Assembly: GCF_009914755.1 (NCBI RefSeq)
Contig: NC_060942.1
From: the human T2T-CHM13v2.0 reference genome, Homo sapiens
Reading direction: 5' to 3' (one strand)
Length of the DNA: 64,000 nt
Under the pieces are notes generated by a model. It searched no databases. It saw nothing but the letters and a program-made list of their open reading frames with translations, and was not told the origin of the DNA. The position numbers were made by a program, and so were the translations under genes. The number at the start of each line of letters is the position of its first letter. The first letter of the stretch is position 1. Positions 31,510 to 46,148 of this stretch are shown here, piece by piece.

Positions 31510-31585
31510 CAAGGGCAGGGCAGGGTGGGGGTTGAGAGGTGTGGGGAGGGTTTGAGTGACTCAGATGCTGGGTGAGTCAGCTGGT
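31510..31585. promoter_or_regulatory. Candidate AP-1 enhancer core
   Basis: TGACTCA 31557-31563, TGAGTCAGC 31573-31581, CAGCTG E-box, and upstream G-tracts 31513-31531. Confidence 0.45.
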
Positions 31586-32664
31586 CCCAGGAAAGGACAA
31601 AGGCTCCATCGGGCTCTAGGTAGAGCCACCATTTTTTGCTTTCAAGGAGTTTTTTCAAAAAGTATGCTAATAAACTGTCATGGTTTAAAAAAACTGTGGA
31701 AACTTCAACTTTCATTATTAATTATCTGTAACATAAATTTTCAGAGCACTGAGCCCTTAAAACATGAATTGTTTTTCCAAGGGATGAGATTACATTTTTG
31801 TCTAATATTTTCCTGCGATGAGACTTCACTTCTTCCTGAGTGTTAGGATCTGTCTCTTGACTCCTCTCCTTGGCTGGTAAATGTTTTCCCCCAAGGCAGT
31901 AATCAAAATCACAAACATAATGATTTTTAAAGGCACTTAAATATGCAATAAAATAAGTCATTCACTGTTTCTAAGTACAGTTTTGGTTTCAAGGCAGACA
32001 AGACATCAATAAAGTTAGAAAGCTAATCTGTAACCCAAACACTTTAATAAATAAAGAGAACAGATTTAAAAGAGCAGAGAAAATGCACTGACCTTTTTCA
32101 AGTCTATTTGTAAATGCAATGTTATTTATGACACACAGATTTGTAACCATAATAGAGGATTTCCAACCTTGCAGAGCATCTATCCTAGGAGCCACGTTCC
32201 ATTTGGCTGACTTTAAGACAGTGATTTGAAGGGCAAGGAAGAGTCATCTTTGTCTCATTGTCTGGAACAGTCCATCACATCTGTTAGAAAATTATGACAA
32301 CTGATACATTGCTGCATAGATTCTGTTTTAAATTTTTTATAAGTGCTTTGTAAATGAAGCAATATATAGTAGGCGTTTTAAGAATGAAACACTGTGGGGG
32401 TGAGGAGAACAGAAAAGGAGGGGAAATAAAGAACAGAAATTGAGAAGGAAATAAGAGATTCTGGTTAAATTTAAAATTGATGCCTAGACATTAAAAATAC
32501 TAAGTGATTTTTGCTTATTGTGATGTATCACTATGAAGCAACACTTAAAATTTCCTCCTGCAATCCAACTTGACTTTCACATTAGAATCAAAGCAGAATA
32601 ATTAAAATGTGTGAAACTCTGCCTGATCATTGGTCACCATTGCAGCTTTCATGTTCTCTTCCCT

Positions 32665-32770
32665 TGACTCATTCATTCATTCGTTCATTCAGTATTTACC
32701 AAGCACCTACAATATGCCACCGTGAGAGGTGCTAGGTGTGTAGTGGAGAGCGGGTCTGCTCTCTGGGAGC
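32665..32770 (-). mobile_element. L2 3' end
   Basis: cattcattcattcgttcattcagtatttaccaagcacctac. Confidence 0.7.
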
Positions 32771-33348
32771 TGCCAGAGTCTAGAATGTTTCTCTCCTTCC
32801 CAGTTCACCTCTTCTCCATCTTCATATTAATTGTTTCAAGACCTTATCAAATGCTACTTCTTCGCCTTTCCTGATGTATGTTCCAACCTCCACCTCCATC
32901 TACCAACCTATGCACCTGTGGTCTCTCTCACCTTTGAAACCCTACAGCTTTGGTAGCATCTTCCATCCCAACCCACGTGATATACTTCCTGTGGCCGAGA
33001 ACATGGTGATCAGGATGGCCAACTGCTCATCCTGCAGATGGGTCAGACAGGCGGCCAGGTGGAGATCTCAACATGAGCTTATAGTAGACAGAGCTGCAGT
33101 GTTCATTATGCAGCCATTTCCAGGTTAAAAAGCAAGAGCTGAAAACTATCTGTGGTCAATCCTGAGTGCCCTGAAGTAAGAAGCAGACACTCCAGTGTCT
33201 GGAGACCACCGGAGAGGAGGCAAACTGATGATGAGCACCCCTAGGAAGGGTTCTGGTCACCAGCATGTATATCCTTTATTACTCATGTGCATAAGGGTAC
33301 GTGTTCTTGTAACAGGGCATAGGTTTATTCATTCAAATAAACCCTTTG

Positions 33349-34185
33349 AAGGGCACGGCGGCTCATGGCTGTAATCACAGCACTTTGAGAGGCCAAGGCA
33401 GGAGGATCGCTCAAGACTAGAAGTTCAAGACCAGCCTAGGCAACATAGCAAAACCCTGTCTCTTTAAAAATTTAGAAAATTAGTCAGGTGTGGTGGCATG
33501 CGCCTGTAGTCCTGTAACCAAGTACATCCATTTTTCTAACAGGTAGTTTAATTATTTTTTCTTCTTTTCTCCTTTCTCTTTTCCCCCTGCTTCCTACTTA
33601 GCCCTTTTTAAAATGCAAAATAACCTCTCACCTCCCTCTCACCAGACATTCCCTACAGGACAAGTTCATTTATGTGTGCCAAGATGGATCTCTCCTCCAG
33701 AGCCGACAGTCAATTTGCAGATCAGAGCATGACCTCCAGAAGGTCGCCTCAGGAGGGCATGTCAAAAGCATGCCCACTTGGCCACTTTTATAACTTATTT
33801 CTTCCCAGGAAGGCTCCAACTCAACTGTCCAGTAGAGCCCTGCCCTAGCTCCCTTCCCCTCTAACCTTATAAAAGAGTCCACTTTTTGCTCCTAAGGCGA
33901 AGTGGTACATTTAAGACAGTGCACCTTGTGTCCTGCCCCCAAGCTAGCTTTGGAAATAAATTCACTTTTCTTGTACCAGGCCTCACTGTCATTAATCGGA
34001 CTCTAAATGCGGTGAACAACTAACCTGTTTTCCAGTCAGTCTTAGCTACTCGGGAGGCTGAAGTGGGAAGATGACTTGAGCCCAAGAGTTCGAGGCAGCA
34101 GTAAGCCAAGATCATGCCACTGCACTACAGACTAGATGAAAGAGTGTGAGACCTTATCTCAAAAACCAAAACATCTAAACAAAAA
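33349..34185 (+). mobile_element. AluJ split by an LTR insertion
   Basis: Left part ends gcgcctgtagtcc (33512); right part resumes gtcttagctactcgggaggctga (34039). Confidence 0.92.
33513..34038 (+). mobile_element. Solo LTR (family not assigned) inside AluJ
   Basis: TG...CA ends (tgtaacc ... cagtca), cttataaaag TATA ~33866, aataaa ~33955, TSD gtcc/gtct. Confidence 0.85.
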
Positions 34186-34559
34186 CAACCCACCCTTTCA
34201 TTTTCATGAAGTCCCAAGTCAAAAGAACATTTCTGGTGTTAGATACCTGAACTGGGTGGGCCCTTTGACTGTTGGAGTCAGAGTTCTGATGCCCAGAGTG
34301 AGTGATTCCAGGTGAGCAATGTCCCTGACATAATTCTGTCTTATTGAACGGGCGCCCGGTTCCACATGTGAGTGTGCTGTGGTTGCTACTGAGGGAACCT
34401 TCCACGTGTGGCTTTGTGTTATAGTTATCTGTGTCTTTAGCGTATTTCTCCTGATAAATGCCAACCCCTATGTAGGCAGGGCTGTGCCTGTCTCCACTTT
34501 CTATCTCCAGCAGTGCTCGGTTCCCTAATAATGGTGATGATGTGGGTGCTGCTGCTGCT

Positions 34560-34710
34560 AAATGCTAACCCAGATTTTTCTCACTGTTTGCCAGGCATTA
34601 TTCTAAGTGTTTTTCACTTAATAAACAACCTTAGGAGGTGGGTACTATGACTATGCACATTTTATAGATAAGGAAACTGAGGAATGGAGAGGTTACATAG
34701 AATATCCAGA
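34560..34710 (-). mobile_element. MIR SINE
   Basis: gccaggcattattctaagtg ... cattttatagataaggaaactgagg...agaggtta. Confidence 0.75.
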
Positions 34711-34806
34711 TCCTGGTATGTTTTGGGTAAATATTCACTAAATTCAATTAATTGAATTGAATTTTACCTTTTGGAAAGAGGCTCAGTGATGTGAGTCTTA
34801 ACCTGA

Positions 34807-35421
<615 letters not shown>

Positions 35422-35424
35422 TAA

Positions 35425-35757
<333 letters not shown>

Positions 35758-37197
35758 TCCTCTATTTTGATTTTTCACTTGTTTCAGAAATTAAAGTGTT
35801 TTCAACAATGTTTATCTGAAGTCTGCACATGATGATTTCGAAACAACATGAAATAAAACTCTTGTGCTACGTATTTGACGATTTCTAATGTTTCAGTAAC
35901 TTCAGTGGTTTTGGTTCATCATAATTAGTAAAGACATTTCTCCTTTGCTTTTCCACGTTCTAAGCATGTTCTATCTTGTGTTCGATGGTCACTGTATTTT
36001 AACAAAAGCCATTAGTCTTTCCTCCGTAATCTCTTCTTTCTTTTCTTTTCCTCAGGGGCTGAGATTGCAATGTCACTGTTCTTAAAACTGTCTGCTGTGT
36101 CACTTCCGAGTGTAACCCCTGGAGACAGGCTCTCAGAATCACCTGTGAAGGCGGAAGCCAGTTTTGGCTGCTCCAGCGGATTTAGGGATGCCAAGTAGGT
36201 GGCTGTTGTAGATGAATCTATCTTTTGTAAGATAAGTAGGCAATGTCCTGCTTGTTGATATATGCCTCAGAGAAAATGTTAAACCGGGTGGGGTGTGGGG
36301 TGTATGTGTATGTGTTTATCTCTGCCATTGTGTCTTCTCTGATGTACACAATTCTTATAGGACAAGGCACTTAGCCAAATATCTTCAGCAGATTTTCATA
36401 AAGTTTTGTGACTTCTTTGTGGTTAGACCTGTTTGAAAAACGTTTTTCCCCCACTAGCCTTTGCATAAAACACAGAAATAGCATATCAGCAGGCTTTTTA
36501 TGCAGCTTGGCTATGATTCAACAGTTCAAAATGTCCTTATTTCAAACTGGCCTGAGGGAAGTCTGGCTAAAATCAAGACTTTTGGGAGACAAGTAACATG
36601 ACACTAAACAAATTCTGAAGCTTGCTGTTTATCTTTTTTTCCATATTGGTTTCCCTATGTGTATTTTTTTCCAGGCTGTCTGGAACGAAGATGATTTTTT
36701 TTCTTTCTTTTGCCTTCAAGGAGACTCTGTAACATGGTACTTGGTGACAGTGGCCATCAGAAGAGCAAGGGGCAGGCAGACAGGAGTGAGGGCTGAGCCG
36801 AGCCAGCCCAGTGGGGCTTATTAACCCAGCACGCTTTACCATGGCTAGAGGTGTGCCTTGACCTTTATACTAGAAAATTTCCTACAATCCTAGGCATGGA
36901 GCAAAAAAAGCCAGACTCCATTTTTAGAAATTGAAATATTAAGAAAATTACTTACTAAAAAAAAAATCTTAAAACAACCTTTTCTATCATATTTTAATTT
37001 CTATTATCCATAGAGGCACATGCCACAGTGCAGGGATAAGGTGGCTTTTATTGATTCCAAACAAGGATTATTCTTTCATAGATATTTTCTATGGCCTATA
37101 CACATGGCAAACAGGTTTTCTAAACCTGAAATGTGCCATATAGTGGTGTGGGATGGAATTTTTAAAACTAACACTAGCCAGAAAAATCTAAGTAATA

Positions 37198-37690
37198 TGG
37201 TCCTTTGGTTTGGGTTCCCTCAGAGGCAGATCCTGAGACAAGGATCTGCATACAAATAGTTTATTTGGGAGATGAACCCAGGAAACACTGGTAGGGGAGT
37301 GGGAAAGCGAGACAGGAAAGGGAAAATAAAGCCTGTAAAGTCCCCCAGCCACTGGCAGGCAGCATAGAGCACACCTCAGAGTTATCCCATTGAGGGGTGA
37401 GACATTTGGGGTATGTATCCACCAGCCGTTTATCGGCTTTTGAGGGCTGCTTCTAGAAAGCAGCACTTCTGCAAAGCAGCACTTTGGCTTGCTTTGTAAG
37501 GGAGATAAGAGCTAAGTGTATTCCTGCCATCAGAAAAAAAAATAATCCCTCAGGCAGAGTCACAGGTGTTCATGGTAAGCAGCCTTGTGGTGTGGAGGTA
37601 AGGGGTTGGGGGAGCAGGCAAGGTCCCCACTGCAGGGCTCCATATGACTGCTGTGCACAAAATGCAAGTCATTGGCCAGTTGAAGAGACT
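37198..37690 (-). mobile_element. LTR33-like ERVL LTR
   Basis: ggtttgggttccctcagaggcagatcctgagacaagga...gtttatttgggagatgaacccaggaaacactggtaggggagtggg. Confidence 0.7.
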
Positions 37691-39046
37691 GCTTCCTGAG
37701 GGCTCTTCTCTTCCCCTCACTCACCTTTATTTGTTTTGTGTTTATACAGAACCCCACACCTAGACCATGCCTGGGACTTAGGTGTTCAAACAAAGTTGAT
37801 GAATACATGAATGAATGAGTTAAATTTTACATAAGCTGAGAAGACTTTGTTTCTTTGGTTCTTCCCTTTCCTTCTATGGATAACTCAGGGATAATACTAG
37901 GACTCACTTCAGACTGGTCCAACAGCTACCAGGATGAGTATTTCAAAGCTCTCTGGGTCCTGGGGATGAGCAGTGCCCTCTCATCCTGTAATAATTGTGG
38001 ACATCACACACTGATGTACAGACATGGTGCCAGCGCCTCCCTTCCTTGGGGTCTTGGAAAACCCGGTGCCACAATGGGATCTAAGTATCCTTGGATCAAT
38101 ACGGATTCGTGTTTCTCACACCGAAGTTCAGGGTAAGTTATGCTTAGATGTTTATGGGGATTATACCTGGAGCACGCAGAAGAGCTCTTTGGTGGTGACA
38201 TTCAGGTCTCATCTGAACCTCCACTGAGAACCCACGGTGTGCTGAGCAGTGTTCCAGGTGCCTGTACATTGATTACAGCATTACAACCTGTGAGATTGCA
38301 CAGGAATTTCCATTCATGGGAAGGAGAACCATTCTCAGGGCTGCTGCTGCTTGCTGGTTGTTTAGAATGAGTTATGAAGACCAACAGGGTCTTAAGATGG
38401 GCAGTAGGGAGACATATTTTGATAACGCAGAATTGTCTTCATTGAATGACATCAGGCAGGGCACACCAGCTCCGGCTGGCCATGCTTCTCCACCTCCCAC
38501 AGTGGGTGGGAGCCCAGTACCTCCCTTACCGAGGCTTCTCGCCTGGACTGCAGGCAACTGGGTTTGCATCCTCTGACCTACAGCCTCCAGCAGTGTATGT
38601 CCCCAGCAGTCTACAGAGTGATGTGTTTTGTTTTGATCAACTCTCTCCATGTAGACACCTCTTGCTTTGCTGGGAGTAAAGTGGAGGGAAACTGGGGGAT
38701 GAGTGGGAAAAGGGCAAAGTGGTGGGAAAAAGAACCTTGTAGCTCATCATCCTAGCTTGAGGACCAGCCTAAGCACACTATGGGCCCAGATTTCATATTC
38801 CTTTTAGGTCTTGCAACTTCCACCCTTCCCCTCCTATCACGCCACACTTACCTAACTCCGAGATGCACCTCTCAACCTCTCACTCCTGAAACCCTCCTCT
38901 TTGCTCTATCCTAAAATTTAAAACCCAGTCTTTATTTTGCTCCAGATTAAAACCCAGACCCAACTCCCACCCCGAACTCCACCCCCTAAGCAGGAGGCTT
39001 CTAATCACAAGAGTGTACTAGGGATATTTGGAAATAAATAAGTAAA

Positions 39047-39154
39047 TACATATATATATACACACACACATATGTAAACACACATGTATATATGTGTATA
39101 TATAGTGTATGTATATTACACATATATATGTATCTATGTGTGTATATATGTGTA
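39047..39154. repeat. Compound (TA)/(CA)/(TG) microsatellite
   Basis: Visible alternating purine-pyrimidine run. Confidence 0.9.
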
Positions 39155-40531
39155 CAGCCAGTGGAGGGGTGGGGAGTCAGTTCTGGCCCTGTCTTCAGGG
39201 AAGGGGAGATCGCATGGGTCAGGAACGTCTAAGGGACCTCCACCTCTCAGGGGTGGAGTGGGTGCCCTTCTTCTCTGTAGAATAAGAATGCAACTTGTAC
39301 CTTAGTTTCTGGGTTTTAATATATCCTAACTGAAATACAACAAGTTGTGAAGCTGAGAAATTATAGGCAGCTGATGGGCAGTGGCAGGAACTGGGAGATC
39401 AACTATATGTTTTGGTTTTGTCTGTTTTTAGTTCAGTTGAATGTGAAGAGGGGTATACGATTAATATGGTGATAAAGAATTAGAAAAAGGAAATATTTTG
39501 TAAGCATTGTCTGAAAGTAGCAGACAGCCACGCAAACCTGTGGTGGTCCAATCCTAAACAGGGAGTGTTATACATGCCTTCATAATATGGAAGAGTTTAC
39601 TCAACACTTGAAACTTTCCAACCAGCATGAGTTCATCCCCAAATCCGCTAAAGCAGCATTTCCTTTGGAGGGGCACATAAACCCTAGGATGTTAGCATTA
39701 GGAAAGTGAGGGTATTAAAACCCAATCCCCTAAAGACCTGCAGACTACCCTGCATAATTGGGGAAAGTAATCCAAGTGGCACACACGGGTGCCTGAACAA
39801 ATTACCCAGAAATTCACTGCCTTTTATGCAAACTAATTTAATCTTCTCAGAATTTAGCCTTTTTGGCTAAGCTATGCTTCCCCAGGGGAGAAAAAGCGAA
39901 TTAAACAGCAGTTTTCACCAGGTACACCAGCCTCCTCACTCCAGGAAAAAGTCTACAGGCTGATCAGCAGAACTAAAGGGATCCATTTTACGTGTTTGGC
40001 AAGGGGCTTGGTGTCTGCGTTGGCTTCCCTGAAGCAGCCGGTAGCAGCAGTCAGCTTTATAGAGATGGTTACTGCAGAGAAAAATGACAACCGGTTGCAG
40101 GCAGCCACCCACTTTTGAGACCTAGAAGGTTGTTCCTGAAACGCTCATTATGCTTCTCCAGGCTCTGGCAGCTCCAGGTCCCCTGAGGCCCTGAGGAAAG
40201 AGTCACTTGAAGTGGAGTGGACCCTGGTACTACTTGCAATTCCTCCAAGGTGACATCTGCTTTTCTTTTCTTTATGCACAAAAGAGATCCAGAAATTAGC
40301 ATGATGCCTTATCATATTCTCCCAGAAATTGACACAAAAATATGAAGTAGCTAAAGGCGGTGAACTGGATTGTGGAAGTTGATAATCGATTCCTCGGTGA
40401 CCCCAAAAGATGGAGAAACTAAGAAAGGCAGTTGAAAGTCAACTAGTAGCTGATAAAGAAATGTTGGGCACATAGTTGCTTCAGAAAACATCTGCCCCTA
40501 TTCCCTATGTGCTTTTAAAAGATATTCATTA

Positions 40532-40645
40532 ATTTTTAGACGGGGTCTTAACTCTGTTGCTCAGGCTGGTCTTGAACTTCTGGGCTCAAGGGATCCTCCC
40601 ACCTCAGTAGCTGAGATTACAGGTGTGTGCCACTGCAACCAACTA
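40532..40645 (-). mobile_element. FLAM-like Alu monomer
   Basis: agacggggtcttaactctgttgctcaggctggtcttgaac ... gccactgcaacc. Confidence 0.8.
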
Positions 40646-42667
40646 ATTTCTTAAAGATATATAGTGATCTTTGTATTTTTGTATTGTGGTAAAATATACA
40701 TAACATTAAATTTACCATCTTAACTCTTTTTAAGTGGGTAGTTTAGTAGTGTTAAGTGTATTTACATTGTTGTAAAACAGACCTTCAGAACCTTTTCTTC
40801 ATGCAAAACTGAAACTCTGTACTCACTAAAGAGCAGCTCACCATTTCCCCATCCCTCAGTACCTGGAACCACCATTCTACTTCCCATGAATTTGACGCTT
40901 CCAGGCATTTACCTCATATAAGTATAATCATACCACATTTGTCTTTTTGTGACTGGCTTATTTTGCTTGGCATAATGTCTACGAGGTTCATTCATGCTGT
41001 AGCATGTCCGTGCTGTAACATGTGTCAGAACTTCCTTCCTTTTGATGTCTGAATAATATTCCATCAAATGTAGAGACCACAGTTTGACTATCCATTTATC
41101 TGTCAATGAACATTTAGGTGTTTTCACCTCTAGGCTGTTGTGAATAATGCTGCAATGATCACAGGAATGCTAATATCTCTTTGAGCACTATCTTCAATTT
41201 TTTGGATATATACTCAAAAGTGGGATTTATGGATCATATGATATTTCTATTTTCAGTTTTAGAGGATTTTCCATACTATTTTCTATGGCATTTGCTCCAT
41301 TTTGCAATCCCACCAACAATGCACAAGGGTTACAATTTTTCCATATCCTCACCAACACTGACTTTCTGTGTTTTAGAATAGCCATCTTAATGGATGTGAG
41401 GTGATATCTCGTTGTGGTTTGGATTCAAATTTCTCTGATGATTAATGATATCGCATATCTTTTCATATGCTTGTTGGCTATTTGTATGTCATCTTTGGAG
41501 AAATGACTATTCAAGTCCTTTACCTGTTTTTTTAATTCTGGGTTTTTTTTTTTAATTGTAAGAATTCTTTATATATAGTGCCTATTAACCACTCATCAAA
41601 TGTATGATTTGCAAATATTTTCTATGATTTGCAAAGAATTGTAAGTTGCCTTTCACTCTGTTGATTGTATCCTTTGATACACAAACATTTAAGTTTGATA
41701 TAGTTCCATGTGTCTATTTTTGCTTTCGTTGCCTGTGTTTTTGGTGTCATATCCAAAAAATATTGCCAAATAAAATGCAGAAAAGCTTTCCCCCTATATT
41801 TCATTCTAGGAGTTTCATAGTTTGGGGTCTTATATATAAGTCTTTAATGCACTTTGTTAATTTTTGTATATGGTATAAAATAAGGGTCAAACTTCATTCT
41901 TTTGCATGCATATGTCTAGTTTTCCCAATATCATTTGTTGAAGAGACTGCTTTTTTTCCATTGAGTTGTCTTGACACTCTCATCAAGGATCATTTGACCA
42001 CATCCATGAGTTTTATTTTCTGGGCTCTCTATTCTGTTCTATTGGTCTACGTATCTGTCTTCATGCTGGTACCATACTGTTTCTGTTACTATAGCTTTGT
42101 AATATGTTTTGAAACAGGAAATGTGATTCTTCCAACTTCCTTATTTTTCAGAAATGTTTTTGGCTATTTGGGGGTCCTTGGGATTTCATAAAATTTTAGA
42201 ATAAAAGTTTCTATTTCTGCAAAAAGTGTCATGGAGATTTTGATAGGGATTGTGTTGAATTTACAGATAATTTTGAGTAGCATGAATATATTAACAACTA
42301 ATGTTAATCTTCCAGTCCATGAGAATGAGATGCTGTCCATTTATTTTTGTTATCTTTAACTTCTTTCAGCAATGTTTTATAGTTTTTACTGTATGAGTTT
42401 TTCATCTCCTTGGTGAGGCTTATTCCTAAGTATTTTATTCCTTTTGATGCTATAGTAAATTGAATTGTTTTCTTAATTTCCTTTTCAGATTGTTCATTGT
42501 TAGTGTATAAAAATGTATCTGATTTTTGTGTATTGCTTTTGTATTCTTCAACTTTGCTGAATTTGTTTATTAGTTTTAACAGGTTTTTTGTGAAATCTTT
42601 TGAGTTTTCTACATATAAGATCATGTCATCTGTGAACATGGCATCAGAGATTATTTTACTTCTTTCA

Positions 42668-43156
<489 letters not shown>

Positions 43157-43515
43157 TGGTGAGAGTGAGCATCTTTGTTACTAATCTTAGAGGAAATGCT
43201 TTCAGTTTTATACCTTAAGTATGATGTTCGCTTTGGGCTTTATCATGTTGAGGTTGTTTTCTTCTAGTCCTAGTTTGTCGTGTGTGTGTTTGTGTGTGTG
43301 TTTCATGAGTGTGCTCTGGAATTGAATTTACTAGTTTTTTTGGAATAGTTTTGCATCAATATTCGTCAGATATATTGGCCTGTAGTTTTCTTCCCTTGTA
43401 ATGTCTTTGTCTGATGTTGATATAAGGATAACACTGGCCTCATAGAATGAGCTTGAAAGTGGTCCCTGCTTTTCAATATTTTAGAAGAGTTTGTGGAAGA
43501 TTGGTGTTAATTCTT

Positions 43516-43829
43516 CTTTTATTTTTAGTTTTTACTTTTTGAGACAAGGTCTTACTGTCTTACTCTGCCACCCAGGCTGAAATGCAGTGGTGCAATCATG
43601 GCTTACTGCAGCCTCAACCTCCCATGTTTAAGTGATCCTCCCACCTCAGCCTCCCACAGAGCTGGGAGCACAGGCATGTGCTACCACACCCAGCTAATTT
43701 TTAATTTTTTGTAGAGATAGAGTCACTCTATGTTGCCCAGGCTGGTCTCAAACCCCTGGGCTCAAGTAATTCCCCCGCCTTAGCCTCCCAAAGTGCTGAG
43801 ATTATAGGTGTGAACCACTATGCTCAGCC
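43516..43829 (-). mobile_element. AluJ
   Basis: gcagcctcaacctccc, cctgggctcaag diagnostics. Confidence 0.92.
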
Positions 43830-44592
43830 TAATTTTAAATGTTTAGTGGAGTGTTCTGCAAAGTATTCTGGTCCTGGGCTTTTGTTTGTTGGGAGGGTTT
43901 TGATGACTGATTCAGTCTCCTTTCTAGTTACTAGTTTGTTCAGATTATGTTTCTTCCTGATTCACTCTTGGTAGGTTCTGTGTTTCGAGAAATTTACTCA
44001 TTTCTTCTAGGTTAGACAATTTGTTGATGCACAATTGATCATAATACTCTCTTGTAATTCCTTTTTATGTTGGTAGCATTACCTGTAATATCCCATATTT
44101 TATTTCTGATTTTAATTTTCTCTTTTTCCCCTCGCAATTTAGCTAAAGATTTGTCAATTTTGTTGATCTTTTCAAAAAAACAACTTTAGTTTGATTGATT
44201 TTTAAATTGTTTTCCTATTGTCAATTTTATTTACCTCTGCTTTAATCTTTATTATTTCCTTCTTTCTGTTAGCTTTGGTTTTAGTAAGTTCTTCTTTTCT
44301 AGATTCTTGAAGTGTAAAGTTAGGTTTGATTTAAGACCTTTTTAATTTTTTGATATAGGTGTTTACAGCTATAAATGCCCCTCTTAGCACTGCTTTTGCT
44401 GTATTTCCTAAGTTGTATTGTGTTGTGTTTTTGTTTTCATTTGTCTCAAGGTATTTGCTAATTCATCTTGTTACTTCTTTTTTGAACCATTGGTTGTTTA
44501 AGAGCATGTTTAAAATTCCACGTATTTGAGGATTTTTCTAATTTTCTTTGTGCTTTTGATTTCTAGTTTTATTCCATTAAGATCAGAAAATA

Positions 44593-46148
44593 ATTTTTTT
44601 TCTTATTTTTCCTGGATTTATTTTTTTCTTTTGTTTTTTATTATACTTTAAGTTCTGGGGTACCTGTGCAGAACGTGCAGTTTTGTTACATAGGTATACA
44701 AATGCCATGGTGGTTTGATGCACCCATCAATCTGTTACCTACATTAGATATTTCTCCTATTGCTATCCCTTCTCTAGCCCTCCACCCCCTGACAGGCCAC
44801 TGTATGTGATGATCCCCTCCCTGTGTCCATGTGTTCTCATTGTTCAACTTGCACTTATCAGTAAGAACATGCGGTGTTTGATTTTCTGTTCTTGTGTTAG
44901 TTTACTGAGAATGATGGTTTCCAGCTTCATCTACGTCCCTACGAAGGACATGAATTCATCCTTTTTTATGGCTGCATGGTATTTGATGGTGTATATGTGA
45001 CACATTTTCTTTATCCAGTCTGTCACTGATGGACATTTGGGTTGGTTCCAGGTCTTTGCTATTGTGAATAGTGCCACAATAAACATACAGGTGCATGTGT
45101 CTTTATAGTAGAATGATTTATAATGCTTTGGGTATATACTCAGGAATGGGATTGCTGGGTCAAATGGTATTTCTAGTTCTAGATCCTTGAGGAATTGCCA
45201 CACTGTCTTCCACAATGGTTGAACTAATTTACACTCCCACCAACAGTGTAAAAGCATTCCTATTTCTCCACATCCTCTCCAGCATCTGTTGTTTGCTGAC
45301 TTTTTAATGATCACCATTCTAACTGGCGTTAAGATGGTATCTCATTGTGGTTTTGATTTGCATTTCTCTAATATCCAGTGATGATGAGCATTTTTTCATA
45401 TGTTTGTTGGCTGCATAAATGTCTTCCTTTGAGAAGTGTCTGCTTATATTCTTTGCCCACTTTTTGATGGGATTATTTGTTTTTTTCTTGTAAATTTGTT
45501 TAAGTTCTTTGTAGATTCTGGATATTAGCCCTTTGTCAGATGGATATATTGCAAAGATTTTCTCCCGTTCTATAGGTTGCCTGTTCACTCTGATGATAGT
45601 TTCTTTTGCTGTGCAGAAGCTCTTTAGTTTAATTAGATCTCATTTGTCGATTTTGGCTTTTGTTGCCATTGCTTTTGGTGTTTTGGACATGAAGTCCTTG
45701 CCCATGCCTATGTCCTGAATGGTATTGCCTAGGTTTTCTTCTAGGGTTTTTATGGCTTTAGGTCTTACATTTAAGTCTTTCATCCACCTTGAGTTCATTT
45801 TTGTATAAGGTGTAAGGAAGGGACCCAGTTTCAGTTTTCTGCATACGGCTAGCCAGTTTTCCCAACATCATTTATTAAATAGGGGATCCTTTCCCCATTG
45901 CTTGTTTGTGTAAGGTTTGTCAAAGATCAGATGGTTGTAGATGTGTGGTGTTATTGCTGAGGCCTTTGTTCTGTTCTACTGGTCTATATATCTGTTTTAG
46001 TACCAGTACCATGCTGTTTTGGTTACTGTAGCCTTGTAGTATAGTTTGAAGTCAGGTAGCTTGATGCCTCCATCTTTGTTCTTTTTGCTGAGGATTGTCT
46101 TGGCTATGCGGACTCTTTTTTGCTTCCATATGAAGTTAAAAGTAGTTG
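44593..46148 (-). mobile_element. 5'-truncated L1PA (L1PA6/7-like) nested in L1MB
   Basis: ttatactttaagttctggggtac...gcagaacgtgcag. ORF2 C-terminal remnants (44931-45588). cagaaaa TSD at 44584 and 46149. Confidence 0.92.

Noticed and set aside
30314-31512. ORFs with PSFL/EGRK repeats
   Set aside because: Translations of GGAA microsatellites.
41646-42191. Longest ORF (181 aa, hydrophobic)
   Set aside because: Antisense reading of T-rich L1 ORF2.
44931-45588. L1 ORF2-like ORFs
   Set aside because: Frameshifted remnants of a 5'-truncated L1PA, not a functional CDS.
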